DNA of 32,000 bases from Nitrosospira multiformis ATCC 25196 (GTDB lineage: Bacteria; Pseudomonadota; Gammaproteobacteria; Burkholderiales; Nitrosomonadaceae): the NCBI RefSeq assembly GCF_000196355.1, contig NC_007614.1, positions 990,001 through 1,022,000 on the forward strand. Direction: 5' to 3'. Positions 10,108 through 19,997 of this stretch are shown in pieces. Both the position numbers and the translations under genes were made by a program. The notes under the pieces were generated by a model that saw only the letters and a list, made by a program, of their open reading frames with translations, did not search any database and was not told where the DNA came from. The stretch's first letter is position 1. Every line of letters starts with the position of its first letter.

Positions 10108-10899
10108 TCAGAATGTATGCTCGGGCCCAGGAAATTCCCCGGTTTTGACCGCCCTGGTATAGTTTTGCACAGCCTCCTCGATGCTGCCCGCGCCCGTGAG
10201 GAAATTCTTCATGAACCTGGCCTTTTTGCCTGAATAAATGCCCAGCATGTCGTACAGCACCAGTACCTGCGCCGAACAATCCTTCCCGGCGCCGATGCCG
10301 ATGGTAGGAATGGAGAGCGTTCGGGTAACCTGCGCTGCAAGGGCGGCAGGCACGACTTCCATCAAAAGCATTCCCGCTCCGGCCTGTTCGAGCGCTACCG
10401 CATCCTCCAGCAACTGCTCGGCTTCATAGTCGGTCTTTCCCTGCACCTTGTAGCCCCCCAACTGGTTTACCGACTGGGGCGTGAGGCCAATGTGCGCGCA
10501 GACGGGAATGCCGCGCTGCGTCAGGAACTCCACGGTTTCGGCCATGACGGAACCGCCTTCGATCTTGACCATGTTGGCGCCTGCTGCCATGAGTTCGGCT
10601 GCATTGCGGAAGGTTTCTTCGGGACTCACCTGCGAGGTGCCGAAAGGCATGTCCGTCATGATGAAAGCCGTGCTTGCGCCGCGTTTCACGCAAAGTGTAT
10701 GGTAGATCATGTCATCCAGAGTAACCGGGAGGGTAGTCTCTTCACCCTGGATCACATTTCCCAGTGAATCCCCCACCAGCAGGATATCGACGCCTGCTCT
10801 TTCCAGCAATGCCGCAAAACTTGCGTCGTAGCAGGTGACGATGGCGATTTTCTCTCCATCATCCCGCATTTTTTGAAAGACATCTTGTGTGATACGCAT
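10108..10899 (-). CDS. panB: 3-methyl-2-oxobutanoate hydroxymethyltransferase
   Basis: 263 aa. [72 protein letters not shown]. Confidence 0.96.
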   Translation of the reverse strand: MRITQDVFQKMRDDGEKIAIVTCYDASFAALLERAGVDILLVGDSLGNVIQGEETTLPVTLDDMIYHTLCVKRGASTAFIMTDMPFGTSQVSPEETFRNAAELMAAGANMVKIEGGSVMAETVEFLTQRGIPVCAHIGLTPQSVNQLGGYKVQGKTDYEAEQLLEDAVALEQAGAGMLLMEVVPAALAAQVTRTLSIPTIGIGAGKDCSAQVLVLYDMLGIYSGKKARFMKNFLTGAGSIEEAVQNYTRAVKTGEFPGPEHTF

Positions 10900-10970
10900 G
10901 GTTCAGCTCCTGGTTGCATGTATCGGATAGATCATCCCACCCATTTTCGGGTTCCTGTTTTCCGGTTTGC

Positions 10971-11612
10971 TCATCTTTCGAAATTGAAATATTCCCTCGG
11001 GCCGCGCATTTGCTCGACCTGCCTCAGCAGTAATGCGAAATCTTCTTCGCTCTCAACGAAATTGAGATGCTCACTGTTGATGATCAGAAGCGGGGCATCC
11101 TCATAGTGATGGAAGAAGCGCGCATAGCTGTCGGCCAATCGCCACAAATACGTTTCGGAAATGTTTTTTTCATAGGAACTGCCGCGGCGCTTCACCCGCT
11201 CCGCCAGCGTGGCGGGTGAAGCTTGCAGATAGATCACGAGGTCGGGGGTGAAAGCTTCGGGTTGCAGATGGCGATAGATTTTTCGGTACAGCTCGTATTC
11301 TGCGTTGTTGAGCGTCAGTCCCGCAAACAGCGGGTCCTTATCCAGCAGGAAGTCGCTTATGGTCGTTTTCGTAAACAGGTCGATCTGCGTCAGGTCCTGC
11401 AACTGGTTGGCACGCTGAAACAGAAAAAACAGTTGAGTAGGGAGCGCATAGCGGCGGATATCCTCGTAGAACTTGCCGAGAAACGGATTTTCCTCGGGTT
11501 TTTCCAGCAGGAGCTGTCCACCCGCATACTCCGCCATTCGTCGCGCCAGGCTGGTTTTTCCCACGCCGATGGGGCCTTCCACCGCGATGTGGCGATATTC
11601 CTCAAGTTTCAC
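10971..11612 (-). CDS. Deoxynucleoside/deoxyadenosine kinase family protein
   Basis: 213 aa. P-loop AVEGPIGVGKTSLARRMAE; QLFFLFQRANQLQDLTQ; VIYLQASPATLAERVKRRG. Resembles the dNK family often found beside folK and panBC. Confidence 0.88.
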   Translation of the reverse strand: MKLEEYRHIAVEGPIGVGKTSLARRMAEYAGGQLLLEKPEENPFLGKFYEDIRRYALPTQLFFLFQRANQLQDLTQIDLFTKTTISDFLLDKDPLFAGLTLNNAEYELYRKIYRHLQPEAFTPDLVIYLQASPATLAERVKRRGSSYEKNISETYLWRLADSYARFFHHYEDAPLLIINSEHLNFVESEEDFALLLRQVEQMRGPREYFNFER

Positions 11613-12121
11613 GTGTCCAGCTCGCGTTCCAGCCGCTGTCCCTTACAGGCAGCAAGCAATTCCCTTATGTTGTCGTGTCCCGGTATGCTGCTGATCGACG
11701 CAATTTCGAGCAGGGGCTGCAATACGAATGCCCGTTCGTGCATCCTCGGATGAGGCAGAATCAGGCTATCCTCATTCAGTTGCAGGTCATCGTACAGCAG
11801 CAAGTCGAGATCGAGTGTGCGCGGCGCATTGAGATACTCGCGCATCCGCCCGTGCTTTTGCTCGATCCCGAGCAGGGCTTTCAGCAGATCCCGGGGTGGC
11901 AGGGCGGTTTCGATATGCGCGACTGCGTTGATGAAATCAGGCTGGTCCAGGCGTCCCATCGGGGCGCTGCGGTAGAGCGAAGAACGCGCCTGCAAGCGCG
12001 TAAAAGGAAGCTCACCCAGTTCTTCAAACGCTTTTTGCACATGCGCTACAGGTTCATCCAGATTACTACCCAATCCGATATACGCATGCGAGGCGATTCG
12101 AACGTCGTCAGCCCCGTTCAT
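11609..12121 (-). CDS. folK: 2-amino-4-hydroxy-6-hydroxymethyldihydropteridine diphosphokinase
   Basis: 170 aa. AYIGLGSNLDEP, SLYRSAPMGRLDQPDFINAVAHIET, RTLDLDLLLYDD, LPHPRMHERAFVLQPL. Overlaps both flanking genes by 4 bp. Confidence 0.95.
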   Translation of the reverse strand: MNGADDVRIASHAYIGLGSNLDEPVAHVQKAFEELGELPFTRLQARSSLYRSAPMGRLDQPDFINAVAHIETALPPRDLLKALLGIEQKHGRMREYLNAPRTLDLDLLLYDDLQLNEDSLILPHPRMHERAFVLQPLLEIASISSIPGHDNIRELLAACKGQRLERELDT

Positions 12122-13533
12122 GGGGCAGAACCATCCTGCTTCCCGGATACTCCGCGGTCGCTCTCGCCTGCAGGGAGAATGCCCGATTTTTTACGGCCAC
12201 GGTTTCTCCTGCGTCTCTTCTGGCCCTCATCGCTGATCAGCATGGCTTCACGTTCGCGGGAACTTGCATGCTGGAATGCTTCCCACCATTTGCCCAGTTC
12301 CTCATCCACTTCGCCGCTTTCGCAACGTAATAGCATGAAGTCGTAGGCAGCGCGAAAGCGGGGATTTTCAAGGAGCCGGAACGGTCTGCTCCCGGAGCGG
12401 TGGGCAAAGCGCGGCTGCATCATCCAGATTTCCTTCATGATGGCATCGTACCTGCGTGGAATTGCCAGGTTCTTGTCCTGTGCGGCCAGCACGTCGTTCA
12501 TTGCCAGGTGCAGGGCGGGAACCGGTCTTTCCCCCGTCGCCTGGTAAGCATTCCAGGATGCGAGCACCTCGTGCCATAACAGGGCGGCAAACAGGAATCC
12601 CGGCGATACAGGCTTTTCCTGCCGCACGCGCTCATCCGTATTTTTGAGCGCGAGCGTGATAAAGCGCTTGCCCAGCGGTTGTTCCCGTATCACATCCAGC
12701 ATGGGAAGCAGGCCGTGGTGCAATCCTCGTTTCTGCAAATCGGTCACGCAGGCCAGCGCATGGCCGGATAGCAGCAATTTCAGCATTTCATCGAACAGCC
12801 GCGAGGGCGGCACATGCAGCAGCAGGGGGGCCAGTTCGCTGATAGGAGCGGCCGTGTCGGGATCGATTTCCATGCCGAGCTTGGCGCCCAGCCGTACCAC
12901 CCGCAGCATACGTACGGGATCTTCGCGGTATCTCCGTACCGGATCTCCGATGATGCGCAGGCGGCGTGCCTTCAAGTCCTCATAGCCGTTCAGATAGTCC
13001 CAGATTTCCTCGTGGACGGGATCGAAGAACAGCGCATTCACTGTGAAGTCCCGCCGTCTCGCATCCTCCTCCTGACTGCCGAATACGTTATCGCGCAAGA
13101 GGCGCCCGTGCTCGTCCGCATGCTCGTCGGCACCCAGCCCGCCTGTCTCTCCCGATGGGCCGCCGCGGAAGGTGGAAACCTCCACGGTTTCCGCTCCCCA
13201 CATGACATGCACCAGCCGGAAACGGCGGCCAATGATGCGCGAGCGCCGGAAAACAGCGCGTACTTCCTCCGGTGTGGCATTCGTGGCGACGTCAAAATCC
13301 TTTGGCTCCAATCCCAGCACCAGGTCGCGCGCGGCACCGCCCACAATGAAAGCGGAATATCCCGCTTCCTGCAGGCCTGAGGTAACTTTGAGCGCACCGG
13401 AGCTGATGTGATCGCGCCTGATGCCATGCTGGTCGCGCGTAATGATATGCGGCTTCGTGGAGGAAGTGCGGGCAGAAGGGAGGGAAGCGGATGTGTTGCG
13501 CTTGAAGACGCGATCGATAAGTTTACGAATCAT
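12118..13533 (-). CDS. pcnB: Polynucleotide adenylyltransferase (poly(A) polymerase I)
   Basis: 471 aa. AFIVGGAARDLVLGLEPKDFDVATNATPEEVRAVFRRSRIIGRRFRLVHV, RRRDFTVNALFFDP, and a basic C-terminus (EGQKRRRRNRGRKK). Confidence 0.94.
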   Translation of the reverse strand: MIRKLIDRVFKRNTSASLPSARTSSTKPHIITRDQHGIRRDHISSGALKVTSGLQEAGYSAFIVGGAARDLVLGLEPKDFDVATNATPEEVRAVFRRSRIIGRRFRLVHVMWGAETVEVSTFRGGPSGETGGLGADEHADEHGRLLRDNVFGSQEEDARRRDFTVNALFFDPVHEEIWDYLNGYEDLKARRLRIIGDPVRRYREDPVRMLRVVRLGAKLGMEIDPDTAAPISELAPLLLHVPPSRLFDEMLKLLLSGHALACVTDLQKRGLHHGLLPMLDVIREQPLGKRFITLALKNTDERVRQEKPVSPGFLFAALLWHEVLASWNAYQATGERPVPALHLAMNDVLAAQDKNLAIPRRYDAIMKEIWMMQPRFAHRSGSRPFRLLENPRFRAAYDFMLLRCESGEVDEELGKWWEAFQHASSREREAMLISDEGQKRRRRNRGRKKSGILPAGESDRGVSGKQDGSAP

Positions 13534-13697
13534 TGTGAATACAGATGAACAAGCTCCGGGATTCCGTCATCCCGTGCGGCGAACTCATCCAAAAGGGGAA
13601 GATCAAGTGAGGGCAAACAGCCACTGCCGTCCACGACCCTTGCTGGAAAAAGCGCGGAAGAATTGCTGCTGAGAAAAAGTATGCCTGAAATTCCAGA

Positions 13698-14495
13698 TTA
13701 TACACTCGGCACCGCTTGCGGGAAGAAATGGTGCTGCCTGCCTGCGATGAACTCCTCCAGATTACAGTGATAAAGCGCTTCAAGATTATCGCGCTTGAGC
13801 ACCTCGTCTATACTGCCGCTCATGGCATGGCCGTCGTCGAACAACAGCAATGCGTGGTTGCAGAATTTCACTGCCCAGCCTATATCGTGCAGCACCATTG
13901 CGATGGAACTGCCTCGCTTCGCCAATTCGCTGAACAGGATCATGGTCCCGAGTTGATGGCGCAGATCGAGGTGTTGCAAGGGCTCATCCAGCAGATAGCA
14001 TTTGGGCGACTGGGCAAGCAGCAGGGCGATACGCGCGCGCTGGCGCTCGCCGCCGGAAAGCGTGACCAGTAGACGGTCGGCAAGGCCGGCCAGTTCCATT
14101 TGCTCGATAGCGCGAGCTGTCATCTCGAGGTCGACCGCCTGCCAGCCGACCAGGCTGGCTGCATGAGGATGCCGGCCGAGCAGCACGTATTCATGCACGG
14201 TACCCCAGAACTCGCCGGGCTCATCCTGCAACAGAATGCCGAGATTGCGGGCAAGCTCCCGCCGGGACCACTGCCCAAGCGCCTTCCCCGCCATGGTTAC
14301 GGACGGATCCTGCCCCGCATCCTGTCCCCCCTTCGGCGGGTGCAGCCCCCCCAGGGCATGTATCAAGGTCGTCTTGCCGCAGCCGTTCCGGCCCAATATT
14401 GCCCAGCATTCCCCCGGGTTGACGGTCAGGTTCAAGTCGCGGCACAGGATCGTGCCAGGATGCTGCAGGGTCAGATTTCTTGTTTGTAGAATCAT
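13698..14495 (-). CDS. ABC transporter ATP-binding protein (iron-siderophore/heme/cobalamin-type)
   Basis: 265 aa. Walker A GRNGCGKTT, signature LSGGERQRARIALLLAQ, Walker B CYLLDEPLQHLD, H-loop SSIAMVLHDI. Confidence 0.88.
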   Translation of the reverse strand: MILQTRNLTLQHPGTILCRDLNLTVNPGECWAILGRNGCGKTTLIHALGGLHPPKGGQDAGQDPSVTMAGKALGQWSRRELARNLGILLQDEPGEFWGTVHEYVLLGRHPHAASLVGWQAVDLEMTARAIEQMELAGLADRLLVTLSGGERQRARIALLLAQSPKCYLLDEPLQHLDLRHQLGTMILFSELAKRGSSIAMVLHDIGWAVKFCNHALLLFDDGHAMSGSIDEVLKRDNLEALYHCNLEEFIAGRQHHFFPQAVPSV

Positions 14496-14545
14496 TCACG
14501 AACTCGAAAAATCCGCGATGAAGAACCGCATCCAGATCATTCTTT

Positions 14546-16624
14546 TTATGCCCTCAGGTATTCGCTTTTCCTTCCCAGCCAGCGATGGAGATGGCGTTTC
14601 GCCGCTTCCGGATAATCACGCAGCAATTCCACGGCGATCGTCCGTGCCGTATCGAGCAGGTCTTTATCCCGTTCCAGATCAGCGAAGCGCAGCATGGGCA
14701 GGCCGCTCTGACGCGCACCCAGGAATTCGCCGGGCCCCCGCAGTTGCAGATCCTGGCGGGCTATTTCAAAGCCATCCGTGTTTTCAAAAATAATCTTGAG
14801 CCGCTCGCGCGCGTTTGGGGAGAGAGGGGGCTGATACATCAATATGCATACGCTACCGGCCGCCCCTCGTCCGATCCGTCCGCGTAGTTGGTGCAGTTGC
14901 GCAAGGCCCATGCGTTCTGCATGCTCGATCACCATCAGTGACGCATTGGGCACATCCACGCCCACTTCGATCACTGTTGTCGCTACGAGGAGATGGATTT
15001 CACCTCGCGCAAATGCTTCCATCACATCGGATTTCTCCTGAAATGAAAGCCTGCCATGCACCAGGCCGATTCTCAATTCCGGAAAAGTCCCGGTCAGCCC
15101 CTGGTGGGTTTCCAGCGCGGTCTTGAGCTGCAATGCCTCAGACTCCTGGATCAACGGACATACCCAGTAGGCCTGCTTTCCCTCACGGCAGGCTTCCCGT
15201 ACGCGCGCCGTTACCTCGTCGCGACGGGCGTCGGCGACAAGCTTGGTTACCACCGGTGCGCGTCCGGGCGGCATTTCGTCTATTACGGACACATCCAGAT
15301 CAGCGTAATAGCTCATCGAAAGGGTGCGTGGAATGGGTGTTGCGCTCATCATCAACTGATGTGGCATGGCGTACGCTCCGGCTCCTTTTTCTCGCAATGC
15401 CAGCCGCTGGTGAACACCAAAGCGATGTTGTTCGTCAATAACCACAAGTCCCAGCCTGTCAAACTCCACTTGGTTCTGGAACAATGCATGTGTCCCGATG
15501 GCAAGCAGGGCGTTGCCGGCAGCAATATCGGCAAGCGTGGTTTCCCGTTCCTTCTTTTTCTGATTGCCGCCGAGCCACGCAATCCGCAGCCCACGCGGCT
15601 CCAGCAGGGGGGCAAGCCATGTGGAGAGTTTCCGATAATGCTGCTCCGCAAGAATCTCGGTCGGCGCCATCAGTGCTGCCTGAAAATTATTTTCAATCGA
15701 TTGCAGCACAGCCAGTGTGGCAACGATCGTTTTGCCGCTCCCCACGTCACCCTGCAACAGGCGTTGCATGGGATGGGGCTCCGTCAGATCGCGGCTGATT
15801 TCGGCGAAAGCCTTCTTCTGGGCTTGAGTGAGATCGAAAGGCAGCAACTTCAGCAGCGCTCTGGTCAAATCGTTTTTTGCTATCAAAACAGGGGCGCTGC
15901 CGTTGCGCCGCTGCTGATAATGGACCCGCATCGACAATTGCTGCGCCAGCAATTCATCGAATTTGATCCGCTGCCAAGCGGGATGAGTGCGCTCCCGCAA
16001 TAGAGCAGGCGACGCATTTGGTGGGGGTTGGTGCAGGAATAGCACACTGTCCTTGAAACCCTGAAGCTGGCAGCGTTTGCGTATGGACTCTGGCAGCGTT
16101 TCGCAGAGAGTTCCCTCCTGGTTTCCGCCCTCTCCTGTTTGCAGGACCCGGGAAATCAGTTTGCGCAGTGCTTCGGAAGGAAGTCCCGCCGTAGAGGGGT
16201 AAATCGGAGTGAGAGCGTCCGGCAGGGGTTCATTCCCGCGCAAAATCCGGCATTTGGGATGAACCATTTCAACACCGAAAAAGCCGGGACGGGCCTCTCC
16301 CAGCAAGCGCACCCGCGTACCCACTGAATATGCTTTTATCTGACTCCCGTAAAAATTCAGGAAGCGCATGAACAAAACACCTGTTCCATCCTCCACCTGG
16401 CATACCAATTGCCGCCGTGGCCGGTACATGACTTCGCTTCGGATGATCGTGCCTTCGACCTGCACTGTTCGATCCGCAGGTACATCACTGATGGGGTAGA
16501 GGTGCGTCTCGTCCTCATAGCGAAACGGCAAATGCAGTATCAGGCTTGAAGCATCGGTAATGCCGAGTTTGAGGAGCTTGTCCCTGATTGTCCCGCTGAT
16601 GGGAGAGGTGGCGAGCGACTGCAT
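14546..16624 (-). CDS. recG: ATP-dependent DNA helicase RecG
   Basis: 692 aa. RLLQGDVGSGKTIVA, MAPTEILAEQHY, DEQHRFGVHQR, MSATPIPRTL, ATTVIEVGVDVPNASLMVIEHAERMGLAQLHQLRGRIGRG. Confidence 0.96.
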   Translation of the reverse strand: MQSLATSPISGTIRDKLLKLGITDASSLILHLPFRYEDETHLYPISDVPADRTVQVEGTIIRSEVMYRPRRQLVCQVEDGTGVLFMRFLNFYGSQIKAYSVGTRVRLLGEARPGFFGVEMVHPKCRILRGNEPLPDALTPIYPSTAGLPSEALRKLISRVLQTGEGGNQEGTLCETLPESIRKRCQLQGFKDSVLFLHQPPPNASPALLRERTHPAWQRIKFDELLAQQLSMRVHYQQRRNGSAPVLIAKNDLTRALLKLLPFDLTQAQKKAFAEISRDLTEPHPMQRLLQGDVGSGKTIVATLAVLQSIENNFQAALMAPTEILAEQHYRKLSTWLAPLLEPRGLRIAWLGGNQKKKERETTLADIAAGNALLAIGTHALFQNQVEFDRLGLVVIDEQHRFGVHQRLALREKGAGAYAMPHQLMMSATPIPRTLSMSYYADLDVSVIDEMPPGRAPVVTKLVADARRDEVTARVREACREGKQAYWVCPLIQESEALQLKTALETHQGLTGTFPELRIGLVHGRLSFQEKSDVMEAFARGEIHLLVATTVIEVGVDVPNASLMVIEHAERMGLAQLHQLRGRIGRGAAGSVCILMYQPPLSPNARERLKIIFENTDGFEIARQDLQLRGPGEFLGARQSGLPMLRFADLERDKDLLDTARTIAVELLRDYPEAAKRHLHRWLGRKSEYLRA

Positions 16625-16683
16625 CCGTCGTGGAAATGCATCCTTTGGACTAGCGCGCGGGTTCCTGTATCACCCCTCAGTCC

Positions 16684-17073
16684 TCACGCGGGCACCACCA
16701 GCACCGCATCGATCTCCACCAGTGCGTTCCGCGGGAGCGCGGATACCCCGATGGCAGCGCGCGCAGGGTAGGGCGTGCTGAAATATTGCACCATGATTTC
16801 ATTCACCTTCTGGAAATTGGAAAGGTCCGTGAGATAGACGTTCAATTTGACGATATCCCTGAGGCTGCCCCCGCCGGCCGCTGCAACCGCCGTCAGGTTC
16901 TGGAATACCCGATGGATTTGATTCTCGATGCCTTCCACCATCTGCATGGTAGAGGGTTCGAGACCGATCTGACCGGAAATGTAGACCGTATCGCCCCCGC
17001 TGACGCGTATTCCCTGGGAATAAGTGCCGATAGCCTGCGGCGCATCCGTTGTATGTATCGTCTTTTTTTCCAT
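16684..17073 (-). CDS. ridA: RidA family protein (reactive intermediate/imine deaminase)
   Basis: 129 aa. [78 protein letters not shown]. Confidence 0.93.
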   Translation of the reverse strand: MEKKTIHTTDAPQAIGTYSQGIRVSGGDTVYISGQIGLEPSTMQMVEGIENQIHRVFQNLTAVAAAGGGSLRDIVKLNVYLTDLSNFQKVNEIMVQYFSTPYPARAAIGVSALPRNALVEIDAVLVVPA

Positions 17074-17153
17074 CTTGTCTCCTTTGGTTGATAATACGTT
17101 GACATAATAAGCCGAAATTTGAAACTACGGGTATCGTGTTTGCGATATGATGA

Positions 17154-18428
<1,275 letters not shown>

Positions 18429-18451
18429 GGTATTGCAACCAAACGAATTAT

Positions 18452-18478
18452 TTGAGCTATGCATCATGCTTAGCTCAA
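18452..18478. repeat. 27-nt near-perfect palindrome between convergent murA and the FGE-like gene
   Basis: TTGAGCTA-T-GCAT-C-ATGC-T-TAGCTCAA: 12 of 13 pairs match, with a single central base. Confidence 0.7.
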
Positions 18479-18493
18479 TCCGGCCGAGGTCCT

Positions 18494-18532
18494 CACTCCC
18501 CTCTCTCACTTGCGGAAGAGAGGTCGGGGGAG
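18494..18532. repeat. GC-rich imperfect inverted repeat, REP-like
   Basis: CTCCCCTCTCTC...TGCGG...GAGAGGTCGGGGGAG: CCTCTC/GAGAGG and CTCCCC/GGGGAG pairings with a bulge. Similar in composition to the element at 19921-19943. Confidence 0.5.
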
Positions 18533-18575
18533 AATAAAAAATTGGGGGAAAGGGGAAAAAAAGAGCAGGTGTGCT

Positions 18576-19298
18576 TCAGGGCACCGTCATTGCAGGTCGA
18601 AAACCCAGATAGCGCATACGTTTGTTGGTATCGAACCAGTTGCACATACCCGCCCGCATGTCCTGGGGCCGGTGATTCCAGGAGCCACCGCACAGGAGGC
18701 GTTTTGCACAATTCCCTTTCCGGCAGGTATCCATCCACTGCCAGACATTCCCCATCATATCGTACAGGCCAAAGGCATTAGGTTTGAAACTGCCGACAGG
18801 AGCGGTTCTCCTGTTATCCCACTCGCTCCCGCATCCATCGCAATTGGCGTTATTGCGCCCGACGTCGTTGCCCCAATAGTATTGAGTAGTCGCGCCGGCC
18901 AGGGTGGCAACTTCCCATTCCTCTTCCGTGGGCAGCCGGTAAGTCTTGCCGGACTTATCCGACAGCCATCGCAAGTAAGCTTGCGCGTCATCCCAGCTTA
19001 CATTCACAACCGGTCTTTTACCGCGCCCCCAGCCATTATCGGGGGGAACATACCCACCGCAGCCGCCTCCTTCAACACACGCCTCCCAGTCGTCGAACGT
19101 TACGGCGTATTTACCCATGGCAAATTTCTTGCCTGCAATGGATACCATTTCAGGACAGACGGGGCACGCTTTTGCGGAGTTCAAGGTATTGTTTTCGCTC
19201 GCCGTCACCGGATTGCAAAAGAGCGCGACAATGCTTATGAATAGCGCTAAAGCTGAGGTGTGCAGGGGGCGAAGATATACCAATTTCATGAGTTGCAT
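18576..19298 (-). CDS. SUMF1/formylglycine-generating-enzyme-fold domain protein, probably exported
   Basis: ORF 18576..19370; Met at 19298 or 19289 gives a short signal-like N-terminus. FALGKYEVT-like MGKYAVTFDDWEAC, RPVVNVSWDDAQAYLRWLSDKSGKTYRLPTEEEWEVATLAG, FGLYDMMGNVWQW, LLCGGSWNHRP, RYLGFRPA. Start uncertain. Confidence 0.82.
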   Translation of the reverse strand: MQLMKLVYLRPLHTSALALFISIVALFCNPVTASENNTLNSAKACPVCPEMVSIAGKKFAMGKYAVTFDDWEACVEGGGCGGYVPPDNGWGRGKRPVVNVSWDDAQAYLRWLSDKSGKTYRLPTEEEWEVATLAGATTQYYWGNDVGRNNANCDGCGSEWDNRRTAPVGSFKPNAFGLYDMMGNVWQWMDTCRKGNCAKRLLCGGSWNHRPQDMRAGMCNWFDTNKRMRYLGFRPAMTVP

Positions 19299-19479
19299 CT
19301 GAGCAAGTGAAAAGACTGGCCAGCAAATTCGATAATTGTATAGAAAAGCCGTTGATATCCAAAACTTCACGAAGAATCAGATTAATGCAGGCAATATGTA
19401 TGTTAGCGCACGGAATGACATTGGAATCAGGGGTACTGTGCGATTTCAGTCAATCGCTGAGCTGATAAGGAGAGTAATC

Positions 19480-19800
19480 ATGAAACGTTCTTCCTTGATA
19501 TCCGCGTACACACTGCTTCCAATTGTCGCGGCATTTGTTCTCGGTGTGAGTACGTCGGGTGGAGCCTATGCTGGTGAGTACGATATGCCGGACGAGATCG
19601 CACCGGCTGATTCTCCGGCCACTCGGGATACGGACGATAAAGCCGGGGATAAGAGCATCAAGGAAAGATTGCACATGAAGGAAGGCACTTCGATGAAAAG
19701 AGGTCAGGATAATTCCAGATACCAGACCGACGGTACCGAAAGATATGAGGAGAAGAAGGATTACAGCGGCAGTGGGCCGAAGCGCGAAGACCGCTATTGA
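19480..19800 (+). CDS. Small exported, highly charged protein of unknown function
   Basis: ATG at 19480 preceded by AAGGAGAG. Signal peptide (LISAYTLLPIVAAFVLGVSTSGGAYA) and a mature part rich in D, E, K and R. Confidence 0.55.
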   Translation: MKRSSLISAYTLLPIVAAFVLGVSTSGGAYAGEYDMPDEIAPADSPATRDTDDKAGDKSIKERLHMKEGTSMKRGQDNSRYQTDGTERYEEKKDYSGSGPKREDRY

Positions 19801-19920
19801 TAAGTGAGGGCGGCGATCATTCTCCTCGGATCGCCGCTCTCTCGGCATAGCCGCGGGCAGGCTATACGGTCAGGTGTGGCTTGAAACCTTGAATTCTGCT
19901 CCTTCTCCACTCCAGACTCC

Positions 19921-19943
19921 CTCTCCCCAGCGGGGAGAGGGGG
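19921..19943. terminator. Perfect 10-bp GC-rich hairpin between convergent genes (possible terminator or REP-like element)
   Basis: CCCTCTCCCC-AGC-GGGGAGAGGG. Lies between the 3' ends of the 19480..19800 (+) and 19998..21662 (-) genes; no U-tract, so factor-independent termination is uncertain. Confidence 0.45.
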
Positions 19944-19997
19944 TTCCCGAGTTTCTCGGGGATCGAACAGGGTCGGACAGGAAAGCCCCTTCACCAC

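Noticed and set aside
15056-16003. 315-aa + strand ORF antisense to recG
   Set aside because: Fully inside recG, with no domain features and several neighbouring shadow ORFs in the same region.
18510-19244. 244-aa + strand ORF opposite the FGE-like gene
   Set aside because: The opposite strand encodes clear SUMF1 motifs; this is a shadow ORF.
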